A DNA stretch of 64,000 bases, from NCBI GenBank assembly GCA_965235115.1, contig OZ249436.1:21640001-21704000 (forward strand), in the 5' to 3' direction. The DNA is from Laetmonice hystrix. Its lineage: Eukaryota. Every line of letters begins with the position of its first letter. The first letter of the stretch is position 1. Positions 1 to 12,700 of the stretch are shown here, piece after piece. The notes under the pieces are model-generated. The model saw nothing but the letters and a program-made list of their open reading frames with translations, was not told the DNA's origin and did no database searches. The position numbers were made by a program, and so were the translations under genes.

Positions 1-160
1 GTTTATGTAAGACTACATTTCAAACTGCATTAAATTCCATCATTTTTTAAATTATGCCATAAAATATTCAAACAATCAGGTGCTGATACACCCTACAATG
101 GAAATTAGATTTGAAAAAAAAAATCCCTATTTCAAATTCCAGCATTCAGAAAATACTCAC

Positions 161-3100
161 AGATGAATTGGATGGCTTCATCTTTTCACTACATGGCAAG
201 TCATCCCTGGCATTTTTTACTTTAGTAGGTACCACTGGCAGATCTTCAAAGTCCTTTGACATGGAGGGGAGAAAGACCCAACATCGTAAGTGGTCTATAC
301 CAATGAAGTCAGGTGGGATATCTGGGGTCCACCAATGAGCAAGCGGTTGCAGGGTCTGTGGAAATGGGCTGCAAATAGAAGAAACAAAATTATGAAAACA
401 AAGCATCAACAAGTAATCACCTCAAGTATATTCTTTTACATATATACACACTTCCCATAACAGTCCTTATGAGACATCACAATGAAGGCAATTACACTTT
501 TACCATGATTATCTAATTTATGACTAGTATAATAGTAACAGGACTGGGCTTTCTTTGAGTGAGGTTTACATTATACATGCAGTAAATTTCTTAAAATTAT
601 CGTTAAAGCAGAATATCCATTTGAGGCTCTGATACATACAGTTGGTTATGTAAATCTTGGTAATTGTTCTGGTGTAGTATGGCCTCTTCACCTTCCTTAT
701 CCAGGGCTTCATCTATTTGCCCATCCTCTTGCTCATAAATGTCAACTATTTCATTTTTAAACTTGGAAACATCTGATTCACTGCCATAATATGTTCTTTT
801 CTTGTTTCCATGACTTTGACAATCCACAAAATCTGCTCTTTGCATTTGCCATGATCTCTTTTGATGACAAAAGGATGTGCAAACTTCTTGATTGGATCTT
901 GCACTGGAACATCGAACTAAAATCTTCTTTTCTCTATTTATATGGCCATCCAGTATTGCTTTGGCACTTTGTGGCCTCAGTTTTATTGAATAATGCTTTC
1001 CCTGCTTGCAATCATAGATATCATTCAAGCTTCCTCCATGACGGAACTGATTTTTTAAATCTGTTGCCTCAGCCTTTAGGAAAAGTCTCTGACTTGATGC
1101 TCCAAGGAAGTTGCATCCATTTACATCTGAGTCTCCAAGTCTGAAACCTTTTGCATGTGCTGATGAAAGCTGACGTGTGTAATTGGTAATAATTTTCTCT
1201 CTTGTCTTCTTTCCACTAGGAGGTCTATGGAGACATACTGGAAAATATTGAAAGAAAAAAGTTGTGTGATTCATTTAAACTAGAGTTTTGATTATGCAGG
1301 CTTGTCCTTTGAAAAGTCCAGTAAATAATTACTTCATTCACTTGCCTATACTTTGAACCTCCAGGCCAGCATTTTTTCTCCTGACCCATAAATCTAGATT
1401 TCGTTTAGTACACAGGCACAATAATAATAGGAACTCATTATATATCTCTGTTGGAGAGCCTTCCAAAACTGACATTTGGCCCATTTGGCCAATGGACACT
1501 TGGCGTTTTCTCCGCTGGTCTGCAATCTCTGGGTGCATGGTTTTCTATTGTTTCGAGGGTGAAACTTAGTGAGCACACGTGTGCCGCAGTTGGGCAATGA
1601 GAATTATACTAATATGGACGACATGACTGCAGAGAAAACAGACCACGACACCAGGTCAGAGGCTGTGTATGATTCATAGGCTAGGTCTTTGCTCCAGTTG
1701 CATAATGCCTATCTGTTGACATATTTACATCTAGATCTGTTAACCCTTTCCAGTGGTATCCAGTGTCACATAAAATCGTGCTACGACCGTCGTGCGGATA
1801 GCCTCGGCCATAAATATAATAACGATCGCAGGGAGCTGCCATGTGGCTCGCGAAGTGAGCCCTATACCCAAAGGATCGAGGATGGTGCATTAACCGGACA
1901 TGGAAATCCATGGAGGTTTTGGTGGTATTACAGAGCCGGCAAAATTGGAGCAATCTAATTGGCTTAAATTGTACTGCATCGAAATTCAAATTTCCCAAAC
2001 GCATGGGAATCTACAAACCGCTTCCTATAATTTGCCACTTCTATACACAGATTCCAAACATTTAGTGACTTTTCCATTTGATTCTACCTACTATTCACGT
2101 CAAATCGCCTGTCGGAAACATAACAGCCAATCGCTCCCGTTTACGGCCGCTTGACCGAAGTGAAAATGGTGGAAAACGTAGCCTGCTAGACTGTGGATTT
2201 AGAACCCGATCTGTTGATTTCCACTGTGATGTCACAATATCAACACATGCTTATTCCAAAGTCTACTGTGACGTGACAATATAACCATGGTCTTCATAAG
2301 ACGACAATGGGCGTTGTTAAGTGACCTGTTACTCCCAGCGCTGACGTTGGCCTGACTTGGCAGACACCCGGGCCGGCGTATCATTATCAATGACTAGGCT
2401 CTATATAGCTATGGAAAGCTGAAACAAAACTAGTAGCTAGGCTAAATAAAACTGCGCTCGCCCCTGGGTAGCACCCAAATCATATTATTCTTGTACATAC
2501 ATACCATATTATGTCCCTTTAGCCGTGCACTACCTATTTGCCGCGCACCCCCGCACTTTTTCAAACAAGCTGTGCCGGAAACCTGTATTCGACGCGCCAC
2601 CTAGTGTAAAATTTTGTAAGCTCCCGGGGCACCTCACTATTGCCGTGCACTGCTTTTCTGCACACGCACATGCGCGGCTAAAGGGACATATATACGGTAT
2701 ATATCCATGCAGGACCTCACATTTGTAACGGCATCCAGCCGAGTGGGTAATCCTGGGTAAAGATGTTTAATAAAAAAAAAAAAACCTTGTGATTTTTCTG
2801 TAAAATTATGCTGCCCTTACGAACCTTCCCAGATATTTGTATCAACCTGTTTTATGCTTGAATAAATAATTTTGAGCGAAATTCTTTAAAACTAGGCCGA
2901 TCTTTGGAACCCGTATATGTCCCTTTAGCCACGCACTACCTATTTGCCGCGCACCCCCGCATTTTTTCAAACAAGCTGTGTCCTTCCCGGCATGGTGATG
3001 ACTGGCATACTATCTGATAGTGACGTCATAATCATAATGTAGTAGATTTGACGTACCGTAAATTTTGTATCAATTGCCGCGCACTGCTTTTCTGCACACG

Positions 3101-3470
3101 CACATGCGCGGCTAAAGGGACATATATAGACTCTACGGTATGTCTCTTCGTACATGCTAAACCAATGGGAAATTTGTGACGTAACAATTGTGTGTCGACA
3201 CTGACGCTCCATTTGTACCTCCTATCCAGAAGACCCATAAAAACGGTTTCATAAAAACACATTGAGCTTGAGCGATAATGTAATGACTTCAGAGTAACCT
3301 GATATTTATTAGCACTATGCAACCCAAATTGGATCGTAAAAGATCTATACTATTGTCCTGATTACTTTTTGAGTGTGTCTGTCTTCTCATGCTTAGTACA
3401 AGTCTAGGTGAACAGAAATACCTGTGTTGCTAACGAGAGCTTTTGCTATGTTTACGGCCATGTCGTCCAT
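161..3470 (-). CDS. Uncharacterised spliced protein-coding gene, 3' part beyond the left window edge
   Basis: Exon 3470-3422 (GCCAACATGG start, MDDMAVNIAKALVSNT, donor GTATTT, phase 1). Large exon ~1237-640 within the 223-aa ORF (acceptor TTTCCAG, donor GTATGT, phase 2). Exon 368-161 (PFPQTLQPLAHWWTPDIPPDFIGIDHLRCWVFLP..., donor GTGAGT). Phases join consistently. No family recognised. Confidence 0.6.
1840..2488 (+). mobile_element. Helentron-associated (HINE-like) non-autonomous element, copy 1
   Basis: 1910-2488 is a close inverted match to 36795-37386. The 3' end is CTGCGCTCGC + hairpin TGGGT-AGC-ACCCA (2465-2477) + CATATTAT. Class is inferred from the subterminal-IR plus 3' hairpin architecture. 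Confidence 0.6.
2504..2697. mobile_element. MITE copy 1 (Tc1/mariner-like, TA-flanked)
   Basis: TIRs TATGTCCCTTTAGCCG...CGGCTAAAGGGACATA; right end TATACGGTA; sister copy at 2911-3138. Confidence 0.7.
2911..3138. mobile_element. MITE copy 2 of the same family
   Basis: CCGTATATGTCCCTTTAGCC...GCGCGGCTAAAGGGACATATA. Both arms are shared with 2504-2697; the middles differ. Confidence 0.7.
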
Positions 3471-3739
3471 GTTGGCTTTTCAAGCTGAAATGTCAGAATT
3501 CGCAGGGACGAGATTTAAGAAAGCGCGGGTATAATTCATCTTTGGGGGAACTTTAACGATTATTTTATCATTATATATTATTTCCCAAATTTTCTTACCT
3601 TTCCTATTTTAAAGATATTTTTTGAGGCATTCTTAGCTGACTCTCGCCTCAAAGCGAGAGTTATTGCAGAGGAATCGGAAGTGTACGTCAGAAGGTGAAA
3701 TCGCGAATTTGGTCCATAAACTGAAAGATAACCAGAGCC
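3471..3739. promoter_or_regulatory. Bidirectional promoter between the unknown gene and NPLOC4
   Basis: Divergent ATGs at 3470 (-) and 3740 (+), ~270 bp apart; CpG-containing; ETS-like CGGAAGTG at ~3676 and TCGCGA at ~3701. Confidence 0.6.
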
Positions 3740-6700
3740 ATGTCCAATAATATAGTAAGTATTTTATTTAACTACGTTCAGTCACGCTTTAGTTACATGC
3801 GGTGCGTTTAACATGGTCGTAGTGATGTCTAGACAGACATTGACAGTTGTCAGAATTAGATCCACAATGACAATGAACCAAACTCGCACTGCACTGTTTG
3901 TGTCTGTGACACACTGACTGTCCGTGTGAGTAGGGAGTTTAGGCCAATTTTTTAAAATTGGATGCCATACAAGTGCCATACATTTCCTGAAAGCACTCAC
4001 GGAGTGGATTCCAAAACCGTTGGAATTTTCATTCTATCATGTTCCTATCAAAAGTTATCCTGGTTTAAGTTCTTGAAAATTAGTGTCTTGAGGGACAAAT
4101 CGCCCTATCTTTTTGACTGGACCAGATGGCACAAATCTGGTCATTTTTTCCCCAGATTTTTAACGAAAATCTTAATAACTTTGGATATTATTAACATATT
4201 TCCTTGATGAATGTCTTATTTTGAAGCTCTGCTAAGGCAGTATTCAGTTCATACAAAAAGAACACAATGGGAGCCATTTTGGCGGCCATTTTGAATGCAA
4301 TATGGCCGCCATTTGGACAGAATTATGACTAATTATCTTGTAAAATAGTAAAAGATAAAGAAAATTCACAAAGTTTCTTCTATAATGATGTTATTTTGAA
4401 CCCCCTTGATGAGGACATTATTCTGGATAAGAAAAACAATATGGCTGCCTTCCTGGACGCCATTTTGAATTCAAAATGGCTGACATTTGGCCAAAATAGC
4501 AAAATATCATAGAAAAAGTGCTCATAACATTGACAATCTATATTGGATTTCCTCTACAAAGATAAATCTTGCAGCAGACAATTCATGTGAGCCAGAATTT
4601 AACTTTGGCTGCCATCTTGGACGCCATTTTGAATTCAAAATGGCCGACATTTGGCCAAAATAGCAAAATATCATAGAAAAAGTGCTCATAACATTGACAA
4701 TCTATATTGGATTTCCTCTACAACGGTAAATCTTGCAGCAGACAATTCATGTGAGCCAGAATTTAACTTTAGCTGCCATCTTGGACGCCATTTTGAATTC
4801 AAAATGGCCGACATTTGGCCAAATTAGCAAAATATCATAGAAAAAGTGCTCATAACATTGACAATCTGCATTGGATTTCCTCTACAAAGGTAAATCTTGC
4901 AGCAGACAATTCATGTGAGCCAGAATTTAACTTTAGCTGCCATCTTGGACGCCATTTTGAATTCAAAATGGCCGACATTTGGCCAAAATAGCAAAATATC
5001 ATAGAAAAAGTGCTCATAACATTGACAATCTATATTGGATTTCCTCTACAAAGATAAATCTTGCAGCAGACAATTCATGTGAGCCAGAATTTAACTTTGG
5101 CTGCCATCTTGGACGCCATTTTGAAATCAAAATGGCCGACATTTGGCCAAAATTGCAAAATATCATAGGAAAAGTGCTAATAACATCAATAATCTGCATT
5201 GAATTTGCTCTACAAAGGTGAATCCTGCAGGAGACAATTCATGTGAGCCAGAATTTAATTTTGGCTGCCATCTTGGACGCCATTTTGAAATCAAAATGGC
5301 CGACATTTGGCCAAAATTGCAAAATATCATAGGAAAAGTGCTAATAACATCAATAATCTGCATTGAATTTGCTCTACAAAGGTGAATCCTGCAGGAGACA
5401 CTTAATGTGGGGCAGAATTTAACTACATGGAAAATTAGAAACCTACTGAATAATAACAGAGTCAGAGTCATTATTATGATTTATATTGTTTATTTTCCTT
5501 GACAACCAAGTAACATCATCCAACACCTTGACTATTAAGTCTTGGCATTTGACCTAGATCACCTTGTATTATACTTATAAGCAGTTCTTCACAGTTGAGT
5601 TCATCAAAATTCATATTCCCACTTCAAATAATTAACAGATATAAGATCAAATTTATGTGACTTTTCTATTCTTTTGTACAGTAATTCCATAGTAAGCTTA
5701 CTCTGAACACTGGCTCCAATTTCCATTTTAATAAAATGGTCTAACCATGATTTAAGTATGCAGACCGTAGCAGGTGTGGGGACTGCTGACGCTATGTTTA
5801 CATCCAGAAAGGCGAGGACATTTAACACTTGTATTTTAAAGGGATTGGCGAAAATATTTGTGTCTTGTTGGAGAAATACGGAGGGTACGGAACTATACCT
5901 CGTTTGCGTCCATGTTTTCGATGGGCCAATCACAACGCTTGCTTCGATTGGCCATCACCAGGCTGTAATTATTAACATAGTAAAATGCATCAGACCCAAT
6001 CTGGAAAAGTCACAAGCCTGAATCATTGCCTTCAAAAATTGTTGAAACTTTCTATCAAATTTTCCCAGCAATTTAGAATTAAACTTATTTTAAACTTGAT
6101 CTAGCTCAGTGGTCTCCAACCTGGGGGAAATCCCCCCCCCCCGGGGGGAGGGGGGAATTTTGTCATCTCTGAGGGGAGCGGGCAACTTTCAAAAACCATA
6201 CAAAAACACCTGTTTGTTTTATAAACTTCATTTAACTTATAAGCATCATATAGATCTACTCTGAATTTTTACGAAAATAAAGACTATTAAAGTTAACTGA
6301 ATGGCTACAAATTACAACGCATGTTGTTTAGATTGTATGGGATATTGCGGAAGTTTATTGGGGGTGAAATTTCGGTGGGCCTATCACAGAAGGAAGCCAC
6401 CCAAAAAACTTAAAAAAAAAAAAAAAAAAAAAGGTTAGGGACCACTGATCTAGTAAAGGTACTATTCTAGATCTTAGTAGACCTAGATCAAATAGATCTA
6501 TCATCTAGTAAACTGAACTAAACTAAGTTAAAAACTAAACTAAATTAACCCCCCCACCCCCACCCCCACCCCAGCCCACCTCCCAGGGCGTGACAAGTCA
6601 TGACAAGTCAAGTAGGAGCCTAGCTAAGCCATGGGCATGGCTATCCCCTACTCTGATCAGTTCAGGCCGGGATGTAGGCCTCGACCATGCCGCTCTTGCC

Positions 6701-9700
6701 GAGTGACACACTGCCTGCTGACTGCCTAAGTATTAGTAATTAGGGCCTACTGGCAGTTCTTCTAGACCTAGATCTAGTCTAGTAAATCTACAAGCAGTAG
6801 ACTGAGTAGGTGTCTAATACAGTAATAGCACTACACTAGTAATGGTATCATGAAACGAGCCACGGTGAGGAGCATCCGCCAGTCGTACTGGCTGGCGGCA
6901 GCGTGAGCGCCCACCCCCGCTGCCTGGCTCATGACGTTGCCTGCCTGCCCTGCCCCTACGGGCTACGGAATGACGGCGCGACCTCCAGAACTCAGAATTT
7001 TAAATTTCGATTTCCATTTAATGTTACTTATCACACCCATATAAAAATGGTATCATATGAAAGAGGAAATGTTATAGTACTTAGATCCGATTGAAACCAG
7101 AGGGAGGAAAAGACCGAGGTATTCATGCCAAGGTAAAAAAGAACAAAAATCTACGTAACTTCGTTGATTACTTACCGATTTTCTGGTTTCAAATGGCTTG
7201 AGAATCTAGAAGTCATTTCCCATTGGCTGGAATAGGTCTCCTGACTTGATTGATGACATCATTCAATGGAAATCGACGTCACAATCACCATTGTTTTTCA
7301 GAAATGTCAAAACGAGTCGGTCATCTGGCCGTTTCCGCGAGCGGTCCGTTTTTTCTTGATACCCGCACTTCACAAGGCCATCACGCCGCAACCGTATAAT
7401 GCACAGCGAAGTTATAATACTCATTAGAATCAGTGGAATCTCAGCTTTCCAATGATACTAGGTTTATTATGATCCGATTATTCTGGGATGAGTAACTAAG
7501 TAGTTTTCTACAACAACTACCACGGAGCGCTAATAACGTCATTTGTCCCGCGGTCTCAGCGCGTCAGCTGAACTCCCTAGTGTGAGCACAATGAATCAGC
7601 TGTTTCCCGGGAGAGCCGTCTCGTATTATCCAGGGCTCGAAATAGATCTACTTTAAAAATTTTGATTCGCAATAACTACTGTACTGAGTTATCTGATTTG
7701 TAAAAGCAGTAATAGAAAATATTTTGGGACTCATCTCAAGTTAATTTGATTCGCGATCTATCATCTAGACTTATTTTGGCATGCAAATTGTGATGCGAAC
7801 CCAGTTTATTTGAGCCCTGTTATCTGAATATTATATTGTAGGCCCCTAACTTCGCACACCTAAGCCTATAAGCCTTGTTTTGCTGGAGAAGAGTATCAGT
7901 TATAGTTTTTTGAAAATAATTAAAAAAAAAATCTTGTTAGGTCTAGCTTTAATTTGCCTGCTAAAACATCGATTGGATCAGGAAATATACCCGATTGGCC
8001 TTGTTTGTAGGTCAAGGGCCGGGAGGTGTCAGAATTCATGATTTCCCCCTAAATTTGGCTGAATTTCAGCATGTCTGTTGTGATGTTACAAATTATATGC
8101 TTTTCTTATATGGTAAGAGTGCTTGTGATGACTAATTTGATGGCAGAGACATAGGAAAACGGTGGGGCAGGGGGGCCATGCCCCCCCAATTTGAAATGTG
8201 GGGGGCCAGAGTATCTTTTGGCCCCCCCCCCCACTTTTTACTCAGGAAAACTTAACGTCCCTGCCATATCCCTTATTTTGTGTTCTAAAATGCACTATAG
8301 GTCCCCCTGAAATTTCAAAATATTCCTGGGGGCCATGTCCCCAGACCCCCCCCCCCCCAACTATGTTCTAAAATGCACTATAGGAAAATAGCCTGAAATT
8401 TCAAAATATTCCTGGGGGCCATGCCACCAGACACCCCCCCCCCCCCCGATATAAATAAGTATAAACAAAAATTGCTCCTATATATAAATTATGGTTTGAA
8501 AATTCCTATATTCCTATAATTCTTTTGATGCAAACTGCTGGGCATCCTGAGTAAAGGGTATAATTGGACAGCAGCAATGGAAAAAATTATCCCTTCACAA
8601 CAACCTTTTGTTCCTTGCTTCAGATCATAAGGGTTCAGTCACATGATGGCACAAAGAGGGTACACACCAAAGCCACAGAGCGAGTTAGTGAGTTCCTTGA
8701 TAAGGTAAGATGGTTTAACAAATCAGCATGCACAGGGATTCATCTAGGACAGGTACAAGCAGGATTTCTATGGATGTATTTCTGATAAATGGCTACATAT
8801 TTTTGAAAGGAATGCCCCAATAAAGAGCTCTGTATCTTAAAGATTCTTGCTTCAAATTAGAGCTACACTATCTGATCTGTGCTCCAGAGGGTGTCCTAAA
8901 AAGGGCAGATGGAAATAGGCTAAAATAATTTAATTTTAAAATCTGATGGTTTTCTTATCCTGTATCCTTCAAATTCATGTTTATAAATGTATTATGTATA
9001 ACCATGATGTGCTCTAACACTTTCCATGTAAGAGTCTTTATGACTTTATATTACTACAAATGGGGGCCCTATTTAACAGCCCATGGGCTACTGTCAACAA
9101 AAACCTAGACGAGCCTCTGCGAATTGTCATAAACCATCCTTTTTCCTATTAAGAAAAGGTTTTTCTGAAAGAGTGCATTCTTGGAAATAATTTTCCCCAA
9201 ATTGATTATTTTTTGTTCTGAAAACCCTTGTTAGGTTCTTGGTTACCAGGGAATAGACAGCCTTGGCAGCATTACAGTGTCCCTTGTAGCAGCATTTTCA
9301 TCACTTGTTCACCATGAACACTAAGTCCCCTTAAGGTTAGCTTTTTATGTGTCACTTCACATTTATCAGGTATTGTTCTTCTCCCAATGATGGATTCAAA
9401 TATTTCCAGGTCCAGAAAGAGTTTAACCTACCAGATTTTGGGTGGTCGCTGTACCAGAATCGCAACAAGACAGGAGAAATACCAACATCTAGAGCCAAGA
9501 CGCTGTCTTCATATAGAATCAGGTGAGGGACATCTTTGTTTGTACAACACAAGAAGTGACAAAGGTTTTTTTCAGGGTTTTGATGCAGTGACTACGTAAA
9601 TTGAAAATTTCAGGTCCTATTGAAGGTCAAGCCTCAAAGGTAAGCTTACCTAAATAATTTGTAATTTTTATTTACAGGCATGGTGATATGATATATCTTT

Positions 9701-12700
9701 TCATGAGACCAGGATCCGAAATGGATATCTCTGATGGTCATGGTAGCACACCATCTAGTGGTGGAGTTTCACCAGCTGCTGGCATTATTACAAATAACCG
9801 TGTGCCGAAGAATGGTCCAACTTCCATAGGAGAGGATGATGTTGATCAGTATATGTGGAAAGAAGATGGTCGCATACAGAGACAACGCAATGAACAGCTG
9901 TGAGTTATGACTATAATGAAAGTAGATGAATACTTTAATAGCACAAGCTTAAACTTTGAAACTCATGACTGTTTTCAAGATTATTATAATGTGTTGGTGT
10001 TTGTTTCTCTAGCTGTCGGCATGGTCCTCAAGCAAAATGTTTCCACTGTGTGCCATTGGAGGTAGGTCTCATATACCTTGTCATATGCTTCTCATTTATC
10101 GAACCACCACAGATGATTATTTGGGTAAATGATCACAGGTACATATTAAAATGGATAGGGTTGAGGCTGAAGAAATTGAAGTCCAGTTTACAAAGAAAAG
10201 GAGGAAGTCAAATATTGTGCTAGAATTATTAAAGAAAAAATGATCAATTTGTAAAAAAGTGAAGTGTGAAACATCATTACCATGATTCTTTCAGCCATAT
10301 GATGAGCAGTACCTAAAGAGTGCTGATCCTCCCATCAAGTTTTTGTCATTCCATTCACATTTGAGAAAACTTACCGGTGGAGTTGACAAGTAAGAACTGT
10401 TTGTGACTAGAAGACTAGATTTAATCTGTTAGAAAAGTTTTGTGGATCTTATGTGGATCTTACTTGTATGGACAGACAGAGATCTGGTAAAAGAACTTTT
10501 ACATAATTTTGCTTATAAAAACAGGCTTTATGAAGATCAAGAATTTTTCCAAAGCCATGCATGTACAAAACCCCTTTCTCAGTTTTGTGTGTTATTTCAC
10601 CATTACAGAGGGAAATTTGCTGTTTTGGAGAACTTGAGTTGTAAGATTAAGCCAGGCTGTAAGGAACATCCACCGTGGCCAGGAGGAATCTGTACTAAAT
10701 GCCAGCCAGGGGCTGTCACTTTGAGTCGACAGGTATATTTGAATCTTATTTCCCTGAATAGAAAGAGGTGATTATAAAGTGTGTGTCAGCTGTAGAAGTG
10801 TTTAGTGTGCAATGCTTGATAATGCAGTATTGATTTACTTTATTTGAGATAACTTTTGTTTATTTGCAGAGGTACAGGCATGTTGACTACATTCAGTTTG
10901 AGAACCGATACATTGTGGAGCGCTTTCTGGACTACTGGCGAAATACTGGACAACAGCGCATCGGCTTGATGTATGGGCGTTATGAACCACATGAAAATTT
11001 TCCCCTAGGAATTAAAGCTGTGGTTTCTGCTATTTATGAACCTCCTCAGGTAAAGTTTAAATTTCTTACCCCTTGTAGTCTTAATTTGGTAAGCTTAGTT
11101 ACAAATTAAAAGATAACAAACTATGTAAAATAAGACAAGAATGAATTTGATGATATAATTTGTAATCTTCACAGCTGAGCACACGTAACAATGTCGAGCT
11201 ATTAGAAGATGAGCGGGCAGATGCAGTAAACCATGTGGCATCAGAGTTGGGTCTACGACGTGTTGGCTGGATCTTCACTGACCTTATTGCTGAAGATCTT
11301 TCCAAAGGCACTGTGAAACACTTCAGGGGAAACTTGGTGAGTTGTTTGCGACTCTTATTTTTATGTCTTTATGTGCAAGATGTCTTTTTTGCCCTTGTTG
11401 AAATCAAGCTTTTTTCCTCTAAAAACAGACTTTTTATTTGGATATTTATCTTTATTTACAGAATTCACATTTTTTGAGTGCAGAGGAATGTATAATGGCG
11501 GCAGACTTCCAAAACAGGCACCCCAACCCCTGCCGCTTGTCACCTGAAGGACATTTTGGCTCCAAATTTGTGACAGTTGTTGTAACAGGTAAAACATTAC
11601 CTCCCATTCATAATCAGGATGCAGATAACATAGGTGATAGTAAATTCAGACAAACTTGGAATTGATATGAGAACTCGTACATTGAGTACATGTACCTGTA
11701 ATCACTGGTCTCCTATTACTCTTGGTAATTTTGTTTGCTTAGGTGACAAAACGAATCAAATCCACTTTGAGGGATATCAGGTGTCCAACCAGTGCATGGC
11801 CCTAGTTCGGGATGACTGTCTTTTGCCCACAAAAGATGCCCCAGAGCTTGGCTATGTTAAGGAGTCGAGTAATGAGCAATACGTTCCAGACGTCTTCTAC
11901 GCAGTAAGTATAGTACACATGTAATTATAATACGGACACATAAATAAATGATCAATTCCTAGGTATCACAGGCTCGGAGATGCTATTGGCTATCACAGGC
12001 TCGGAGATGCTATTGGCTATAACTTGTTTATAAATCTAGCATTTGTGCTTTTTTCTTAATATTGTCATGGTAGGGCATGTAATGGCACATATATACTTTT
12101 CAGTTAAATTATTGAGTGTGCTTTGGACAGTTATAGCACAAGTTTCTATGTCTTGCAGGAGAAGGACGGCTATGGGAATGAGGTTACCCAGTTAGCCCGC
12201 CCACTACCAGTTGAATACCTTTTGGTGGATATGGCTGCAGCCTTCCCTGTAGAACCAGTCTACACTTTCCAAGCTGGCAATGGTCACAAGCCTTTTGCTG
12301 TGGAGAACCGTGCTGAGATGGGCGAGTCGGCTGATTTCAACTCCTTCACAATGTACATGGCACAGTTTGCCCCAGATCAGTTTCTACTTGCCATGTCTGA
12401 TTTCCACGTCCTCATCTACATGTACATCTGTGATATGTTGCCACTGCGGGTACTTATCTCTGTACTTTTTATAGATAATGTATTATGAATAATCCAGTTT
12501 GACAATATGTTCATAATATCTTTCCGTGATTTTGTAAGTCTCATGCAATTTTCTTTTCATAAGTTATTATATCTCAGTAGAAGGGGTCTAACTTTCAGTG
12601 ATTTTTATATTGGCTATAGGAACAGTAGGCCTAGCCTAGCCAGTGCAATAGTAATCTGCCATACCTAAATCTGTGTGTGAATGAGTGTCTGACCATTGTG

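Larger units (their letters stand above)
3931..7579. mobile_element. ~3.65-kb non-autonomous hAT-like (hATw-type) DNA transposon in NPLOC4 intron 1
   Basis: Termini TAGGGAGTT...AACTCCCTA flanked by the 7-bp direct repeat GTGTGAG (3924-3930, 7580-7586). No transposase ORF. Contains the 164-bp satellite and a nested MITE. Confidence 0.7.

Noticed and set aside
1681..2004. ORFs 1681-2004 (-) and 37293-37799 (+) sharing MRLGNLNFDAVQFKPIRLL
   Set aside because: The similarity comes from two copies of a non-coding HINE-like repeat; the frames diverge at the element boundary and show no protein motif.
4979..5471. ORFs within the 164-bp array
   Set aside because: Chance frames in a tandem repeat whose period is not a multiple of 3.
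5604..6021. ORFs inside the large hAT-like element as a possible transposase remnant
   Set aside because: No BED finger, DDE or hAT dimerisation motif visible; short and AT-rich.
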